A program made the translations under genes and the position numbers. The notes beneath the pieces are model-generated. The model had not been told where the DNA came from. It worked only from the letters and a program-made list of their open reading frames with translations, and did not search any database. Source: Octopus vulgaris (lineage: Eukaryota). From it: 64,000 nucleotides of DNA. The DNA lies in assembly GCA_951406725.2 (NCBI GenBank), contig OX597827.1, forward strand, positions 62,248,001 through 62,312,000, given 5' to 3'. Below, piece by piece: positions 55,244 to 64,000 of this stretch (position 1 is its first letter; each line of letters starts with the position of its first letter).

Positions 55244-56279
55244 AGAGAGCCCACAAGCACTCACTCGACCTGTTAGAAATAACAACCAGATAGCCCTAAA
55301 ATCATCCACTGCAGTTTTAAGAAAAAGGAAAGGTATGTTGGTCAATGTACTTCTAAATATAAAATAGAGGAAAAGATTATCTCTGGAATACCTTCAACCA
55401 GAATGACTTGCTAAACAACAACGATGAATTACTTTCATAATTTCCCTTTATAATATTACGGATCTACACAGACGACATTTACTTAATCTCGACACGCAAA
55501 TAACAATCTCGACATTTATATAATCTCGACACGCAAAAACAGGTATTGTAAGTATAAAAAACATATTAAAAAATACTGCAAACCTAAGCTAAAAAAATAA
55601 ACCCTTACAAACTAAAATTGTATTAACACACAAGGTATCTACGCAACCAAAGTTCAGGGAACATAGTTACAACGACAACACAGACCACCTATTTAAATCC
55701 CCATTTAAATTCCAATCATTTCATCTGCAGACGTTCTACCATTGAACCAAATCAATCAACCGAAAACCTCTATCGCTTATAGCTTTGTTTTTACTAGCGC
55801 GCATTGTATGTTGCTGACGTCATAGAAATTTATAACTTCAAGAGACATGAAATCATTTGTTTTTGACAGTTGAACTTGATACAGCTATAAATAATTGCAT
55901 GTAAATATTTACATGTTATCTCGTTCAAGTTCTACAATTAAAAACAAATTATTTCACGTCTCTCGAAGTTTTGAAAGTTTTATGACGTAAGAAAATACAA
56001 CCCCCAATTACACAACAGGAATAGTCTACCAGATAAAAAAAAAAAAACAGCGACGAATCAACATCACAAATAGGAGAATTTAGAAGTCAACTTCAAACAA
56101 CCAAACAAGAAAATAACATAGAAAATATATTACACAAAACGGAAAACTGGTAAATATTTGAGTAAAAATAAACCAAACGAACTATAAATCGAACAAACTC
56201 AATCCATGTTCGTCCGTCGGAGCGACGAGAACCATCTCTTTACTCTTTAACTTGTTTCAGTCATTTGACTGTGGTCACT

Positions 56280-56575
56280 ATTATCATCATCAACATCATC
56301 ACCAATCTCATCCTCATTATCATATCACCATCATTATCTCCACCATCACCGCCATTGTCATTATCATCACCATTATCATCATTATCATTATCATTATCAT
56401 CACCAATAACATCACCATCCTCACCACCATTATCATCACCATCACCATCATCATCATCATCACACCACCACTACCACCATCACCATCATCATCAACATCA
56501 TCATCATCATCATCATCTTCTTCATCATCATCATCATCATCATCAACATCATCATCATCAACATCATCATCGTCG

Positions 56576-56613
<38 letters not shown>

Positions 56614-56644
56614 TTCATCGTCGTCGTCATTGTCGTCGTCATCG

Positions 56645-56679
<35 letters not shown>

Positions 56680-56749
56680 TTCGTCGTCATCGTCATCGTC
56701 GTCATCATCATCATCATCATCATCATCTTCATCGTCGACGTCATTGTCG

Positions 56750-56786
<37 letters not shown>

Positions 56787-56818
56787 ATTCATCGTCGTCG
56801 TCATTGTCGTCGTCGTCG

Positions 56819-56863
<45 letters not shown>

Positions 56864-58230
56864 CCATCATCATCACCAACACCACCATTATCGTCATGAT
56901 CGACTCCAGTTCTAAAAGCAGTTTCCTCAGCAACAGCAGCACCACCAACACCGTCATCATCATGACGACGACGGTAACAACCACGTGGCTACCACATCCA
57001 TTGTCACAACCACTACCAATACCACCACTACCACCACCAGCATCACAACCATCTCCACCATCTCCTTCAACACAACCGCTAACACTACGACCATTGCCAC
57101 CCCCACCCCGCTACCAACACAGACACTACAATCACGTTACCCATCACCGCCATCCCCACCATCACTACGACGACGACGACGACGACGACGACGACCACCA
57201 CCACCACCACCACCACCACCAACAGCACTAACACTGCTGTAAGCACCTCCTCCACCTGCACCATCACAAATAGCAGAAGCAACAACTACAACAATAGCAG
57301 CAACAATGCCAAGAACATCCTCAGCAATGCTGCCACCACCACTAACACCACCACCATCACCACCATCACTACCACCTCATCATCCTGTAACACAAAATCA
57401 CCCCCACCACCACTACAACCACAACGGCCACCACCAACACCACCACAACCACTACCACTACAACCACAACGGCCACCACAGCCACCACGACCACCACCAC
57501 GGCCATCACCACTACCACCACCACAACCACCACCACTACAACAACCAAGGCCACCACGGCCAACACCATCACCACCACCTCATCACCTCATCACCTCATC
57601 CTGTAACACAAAATCTCCACCACAACCACTACAACCACAACGGCCACCACAGCCACCACGGCTACCACCACGGCCATCACCACCACCACAACCACCACGG
57701 CCACCACCATCACCATCATCACCATTACCACCACCTCATCACCTCATCCTGTAACACAAAATCACCACCACCACGACTACAGCCACAACTGCCACCACAG
57801 CTCACCACGGCCTCAACCACCACAAACACCACCACAGATACCAACCACCACGGCCATCATTGCCACCACCTCATCACCTCATCCTGTAACACAAAACCAC
57901 CACGGCAACCACCATCACCACCACCACCATCACCATCATCACCATCACCATCACCTCATCACCTCATCCTGTAGCACAAAATCACCACCACCACGACTAC
58001 AGCCACAACTGCCACCACAGCTACCACGGCCTCAACCACCACAAACACCACCACAGATACCACCACGGATACCACCACTGCCACACCACCTCATCACCTC
58101 ATCCTGTAACACAAAACCACCACCACCACCAGAACCACCACCAGAACTAGCACCACCAGCACTAGCACCACCAGCACCAACACCAGCACAATCCCCCTCC
58201 CCACCACCAATACCACCACTAACAACAACA
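56280..58230. repeat. (CAT)n/(CAC)n tract with a recurrent anchor motif
   Basis: cctcatcctgtaacacaaaa-like motif about six times between 57375 and 58115. Confidence 0.88.
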
Positions 58231-58580
58231 AATACGCTAGCGACAACAAAGGAGATACCGGTGCTAAATCGACCTTATATTAGTACAAGCCTGTAGGCAA
58301 TACCTTTCATTTTGCTTTCCACACTAAACATGGCTGCGTTATTGCATGAATTCACATGGAAATTATTTACACTTGGTATCACACTATCGATTATCTGTTT
58401 ATATAGACGTGGGAGATATCAACACGAAACTAGGTCTACGAGGATATCTGTATTATCTAGACACTGATGTTTAAACAGTTTGAGTTCTACTGCACTCTGT
58501 CCTATTGTAAATGTTCTGCGTTGAAATATAGTGAACTATAAAGAAAATCAATTTTGTACGTATATATATAAACTTGGTCA

Positions 58581-58675
<95 letters not shown>

Positions 58676-58699
58676 TGTATGCATATATATATGTATGTT

Positions 58700-59095
58700 C
58701 TCTTAACTCTTTTACTTGTTTCTTTCAGTCATTTAACTGAGGCCAGGTCTTATTCTTTGTAAGCATAGTACTTATTCTATCGGTCACTTTGCCGAACCGC
58801 TAAGTTACGGGGGATCTAAACACACCAGCATCGGTTGTCAATCGATGTTGGGGGGACAAACACACACATACAAACACATACAAACACACACACACACACA
58901 CACACATACACACACACACATATATATATATGCATACGACGGGCTTCTTTCAGTTTCCGTCTACCAAATCCACTCACAAGGCTTTGGTTGGTCCGAGGCT
59001 ATAGTAGACGACACTTGCCCAAGGTGCCACGCAGTGCGACTGAACCCGGAACCATGTAGTTCGTAAGCAAACTACTTACCCAACAGCCACTCGTA
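58700..59095 (-). mobile_element. SINE-A with a 3' internal deletion
   Basis: Colinear with the other SINE-A copies. Confidence 0.85.
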
Positions 59096-59171
59096 CGCGT
59101 ATATATATATATATATGTAGGTATACATACATGCATAGCAAATATGCTTGCCTACGTACGTATATACATTT

Positions 59172-59234
<63 letters not shown>

Positions 59235-59363
59235 CTGTATTCCCCTGTTTCGAGCGCTGAGAATTTCGTTCATGGCATATATCAAACTGATAAGTGCAGC
59301 TTGCAAAATAGCCGGTCCATTTACTAAACTTGACAGGTCAGTAAAATATAAATCGTCACATAG

Positions 59364-59404
<41 letters not shown>

Positions 59405-59661
59405 CCTTGGTGTGTATACAGTTGCCGTTTACTGGTTGAGTGCTATAAGTATGTACATACAGATCGATACACCTATGCGTATATAAATACACATAGACAT
59501 ACACCCAAACGCAATCACGCACATATATGTATATGTATATGTATGTATGTATACATATATATATATATATAAGGTTAATCCAAACGGGAAAACAGAAAAA
59601 ACAACAACACGTGGAACAATTACAGTATTATTATTATTAGGCGCTCAGGAAAATGGAAGAA

Positions 59662-59728
<67 letters not shown>

Positions 59729-60027
59729 TATATAATATAAATAATATCTAAATATATGCACATATATATATACACATATGTACATACCTACATATATATG
59801 TGTATATATATGTATATATGAGTACAGGACACAAAAAAAAAAGGCGTTGAATACAATGAGAAACGATAACATAAAAACAAAAACTTAGAAAGCGAACTTT
59901 TTTCGAACAACGAAAAAAAAACCCCAGAGAAACGAGACATACAACATGAAGAATATTCCCCTTCTTCAGTTGTCCCTGTTTCCTCAACTCCGCGTTTCGA
60001 ATATATATATATATACATACATACATA

Positions 60028-60725
60028 CAGGGTACGATTGATAGATTGTCGCCATTTTACATTTTAAATTTCGAGCATGTGCATCATTTGTTTTTGATAT
60101 TGTCCACTACACAGTATAGTAGCGTCAGTTGAACATCATCTGTGAGAAAGATAGCACTATGGCGCAATTTACTCTGTTAGAAATTTGGAAACGTCATGTT
60201 GTACTGCTTGGCATTCGCGCCGGATGCACCATTATGAATATTTCTGAGTGTTTGAGTGGCAGTCTGAGAACAGTGAGTGAAGAGGGAGGCTACTGGAAGA
60301 CCTTATGTCTAGCAACAAGACTCTGCACCATGCCACACAAGCAGGAGAACTCAGTCATGACTATCAGATAATTTCTGCTACCACATCACCCCTAACATCT
60401 GGCCACCTAACCCCCCAGACTGATTATTATGTCTGGGGCGTAGTTGAGCGAGAGACCAACAAAACTTCTTGTAACACCAGAGATGAATTGAAGGCAAGAA
60501 TTATGGCAGCATTCACCAGCTTAAATAAGGAGACCACCCAGAAGAGTTGCAGGAGATTCCGAAGTTATTTTGAAGCCATGGTTGAAGCCAATGGCAACTT
60601 TATTGAATTAATTTACTCTTTAGTATTTCAAGATATTTTTATGCAATTTTCGTAAATATATCTTAAAATGAGATATCATTATTTTCATTTTTGCGTGATT
60701 TAGACGACAATTTATTCGCCGCACC

Positions 60726-60728
<3 letters not shown>
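60028..60728 (+). mobile_element. Tc1/mariner deletion derivative, same family as 7669-8542
   Basis: TA-cagggtacgatt...gccgcaccctg-TA; DYYVWGVVERETNK...CRRFRSYFEAMVEANGNFIE. Confidence 0.88.
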
Positions 60729-60806
<78 letters not shown>

Positions 60807-60822
60807 GTGTGTGTGTGTGTGT

Positions 60823-60949
<127 letters not shown>

Positions 60950-60979
60950 GAAGGTTGAAAAGGAACACACGATATATAT

Positions 60980-61250
60980 GGAAAAACAAGTCAAGAGAGA
61001 AAATGCTAAAATAATTTTATAAAAAACATTCTAGTACCGGTTTTAGTCATTAAGACTTACTTTTTCAACTTTAAGTATGGAAAACAATTAAATTTTGGAA
61101 GACTTAAGAGCAAAGTTTTCAAAAAGAATATTTGCATAGTATTCAAATGCAAGGGGCATTTTTCTTGTTTCTGCCTGACTCTGTCCCTCTTGTTTACTCT
61201 TGCGGGTTCGAGGTCGTTGTGAATTCTTGGCAGAGAAGAAGAGGAAAAAG
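60980..61250 (-). mobile_element. Second PLE-like terminal fragment, hammerhead degenerate (61033-61070)
   Basis: AG-TTGAAAA-agta-AGTC(ttaat)GACT-AAAA-CCGG-TA-CT. Confidence 0.6.
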
Positions 61251-61338
61251 GGGAGGAGGAGAAGAAGAAGAAGGAGAAGAAGAATAATAATAAGAAGAAG
61301 ACGAAGAAGAAGAAGAAGAAGAATATATATATATATAT

Positions 61339-61504
61339 AGGCGCAGGAGTGGCTGTGTGGTAAGTAGCTTGCTAACCAGCCACATGGTTTCTGGTTCAGT
61401 CCCACTGCGTGGCATCTTGGGCAAGTGTCTTCTGCTATAGCCTCGGGCTGACCAAAGCCTTGTGAGTGGATTTGGTAGACGGAAACTGAAAGAAGCCTGT
61501 CGTA

Positions 61505-61552
<48 letters not shown>

Positions 61553-61779
61553 TTTATGTGTGTGGATATGTTTGTGTGTCTGTGTTTGTCCCTCTAGCAT
61601 TGCTTGACAACGATGCTGGTGTGTTTACGTGCCCGTAACTTAGCGGTTCGGCAAAAGAGACCGATAGATTAAGTACTGGGCTTACAAAGAATAAGTCCCG
61701 GGGTCGATTTGCTCGACTAAAGGTGGTGCTCCAGCATGGCCGCAGTCAAATGACTGAAACAAGTAAATGAGTAAAGAGA

Positions 61780-61780
<1 letters not shown>
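61339..61780 (+). mobile_element. Full-length SINE-A
   Basis: Very similar to 19662-20075. Confidence 0.9.
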
Positions 61781-61852
<72 letters not shown>

Positions 61853-61978
61853 TGTATATTCATTTATCTCTATATCTATATATAATATATTTGCATATGC
61901 GTATGTATGTATATATAACTGTGCATATATGTGTATAAATACATATTTACGTGTGTGTATACACACACACACACACAA

Positions 61979-62045
<67 letters not shown>

Positions 62046-62289
62046 TATATGTATGTATATGTATATATGAAGATATAATCTATCAATCGTTATAGCTCCT
62101 GATTCAGAGACTGATATTCGCGCGTGTTGAATAACCATCAGATGAATAGGAATTCTTTGATTCCAGAAACTGCTAACCTTCCATAACTAAGCCTCTTATC
62201 AAAGATTTATTATTCACCGGCAGTATGATACCAATCAAGGACTCTGATATTAAAATGGAAAATCCCTTCCGTTACACAATCAACAATGG

Positions 62290-62352
<63 letters not shown>

Positions 62353-62406
62353 CATATTATCATATATATATATTTATACATATTATATATATGTATTTAT
62401 ACATAT

Positions 62407-62476
<70 letters not shown>

Positions 62477-62561
62477 TCATATATATTGGAAAATAAAACG
62501 AATGGTTTATACCAAGTAGCTTACTGGTAAAGCACGAGCATTTTCACAGTGTGCGTTATGT

Positions 62562-62655
62562 ATTTGGTCAATGAGAGAAGGAAGATGGAAGATACGAAAA
62601 TTTTTATACTAAAAATTCTCGTATCTTCCAATCTTCCATCTCACATTAACCAAAT
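62562..62655. repeat. ~95-nt hairpin
   Basis: ~44-bp arms at about 90% identity around a 5-nt loop. Confidence 0.85.
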
Positions 62656-62667
62656 TACACACACACA

Positions 62668-62726
<59 letters not shown>

Positions 62727-63084
62727 ATATATACATAACGAAATGTTTGCGCCTGGCGATGTTTAAGCATAGGTAAAATTTATGTTAGTTAAAATGTTTG
62801 TGACATATTTCAACTACTAGAAGGTAAATACACTGCAGCTACCGTGGAGAAAATATCTCTAATGGTAAAAGGTTTGAAAACACCCAGTGTGTTCAGCGTC
62901 ACCATCTATCAGGAATCTCAGACATCGATGTTTCGAGTTTATCGACTGTTTTACCATAAGAGAAATATTTTTTTCCACAGTAACTGTAGAGAATTTGCCT
63001 TTTAGCAGTTGAAATATGCCACAGACATATTTTACCTAAACTAACCTATATTTTGCTTTCACCCTACCCACAACAATCTCTCCA

Positions 63085-63480
63085 TCCCCTACTCCCAATT
63101 CCTCCGTCTGCACAGGCTCTGCAATGACGACCATGACTTTGAGATTCAGTCTCAACTCATGTGTCGCCACATCATCCTTCGTGGATATCCCTCACCACTA
63201 TCCTCACTGCCCTTGCCAGGGTACGTTCCGTGGACCGTGCCTCTGCTCCCTCTCCCCGTATCCGCTCCACTGTTGCTCGTCTCCCGTTCCTCATCACTTA
63301 CCACTCCTCCACCCTGTCCATCCAACGCACCATTTTCCGAGCCTTCCCGCAACTACAGTCCAACCCCTCCACCTCGCACATCTTTCCCAACCTACCCCTT
63401 CTTCCCTTCAAGCGAGCCCATAACCTGCGTGACCTCCTGGCCCACAGTTTCTTCTTTAACCCCACCTCCCAGCCTAGCTC
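63085..63480 (+). pseudogene. Penelope-like RT C-terminal fragment
   Basis: ILRGYP...RLPFLITYH...STSHIFPNLPLLPFKRAHNLRDLL, typical of the PLE post-RT linker; frameshifted. Confidence 0.75.
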
Positions 63481-63484
63481 GTTC

Positions 63485-63700
63485 CCCTGCCGACCAAAGG
63501 CTTTTGTGTGGTTTTGGTAGACAGAAACTAGAAGAAGCCCGTCTACGTGGTTGTATCTTTTGTCTCTGTCCCTCATCACCGCTTAACAGCCAGTGTGGGT
63601 GTGTTTATGTCCCCGGAGCTTAGCAGCCCAGCCAAAGACACGGGCAGAATGAGCGCCAGGCTTTATACAGAAAATGTCCTGGGATAGATGTATTCGACTG
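63485..63700 (+). mobile_element. Diverged SINE-A fragment
   Basis: gccgaccaaagg...ttggtagacagaaactagaagaagcccgtc. Confidence 0.7.
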
Positions 63701-64000
63701 TGCATCAAGAATAGTCATGAAATTGATAGAGGTAGAAATGATCGTATAAAATAGTTAAGTGAAATAGACTAAAGAATCATTATTTACATTAATCTTAGTA
63801 TAGTTAATCTTTTAGATATCCCCTTGGAATTAGATGGAAATAGATTGTACCTTTACTAAAAACACAGTGAGAAATTGTGTTATGCAAACAACATTTCTAA
63901 TTATTTGCCCAACATTCTACGAAATATATTCTTCAGTATTTCCTCATTACCGTCTGACGAACCGAGGCTTTTCGCAATTGAGTTCTAGATGAAATACAAT

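Overview
AT-rich, repeat-dominated eukaryotic DNA. I can support no intact host gene. The extreme microsatellite load ((TA)n, (CA)n, (TATC)n, (AAT)n, (GAA)n, (CAC)n) and the SINE families resemble an octopus/coleoid cephalopod genome (inference from pattern recognition). Almost all ORF-track entries are microsatellite or SINE artefacts. Real coding remnants are all transposon-derived: a 5'-truncated but open CR1-group LINE RT (43394-45325), an L1-Tx1 3' end, four R4/Dong-like pieces (three next to (TAA)n), two Penelope-like (PLE) remnants and three Tc1/mariner remnants. Three tRNA-derived SINE families are present (working names A, B, C). Best leads: (1) a repeated motif carrying all hammerhead ribozyme core strands in a non-circularly permuted order, with conserved spacing and covarying stems (15753, 16409, 19456, partial 59963); (2) SINE-B has a Tx1-like 3' tail that repeatedly joins fixed positions inside older copies of its own head, giving dimers and a 10 x 174 bp array with a 15-bp TSD; (3) minimal PLE-type hammerheads with compensatory changes; (4) shared 3' motifs between SINE-A and the CR1 LINE; (5) six long palindromes. 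Alignments were done by eye and boundaries are approximate.
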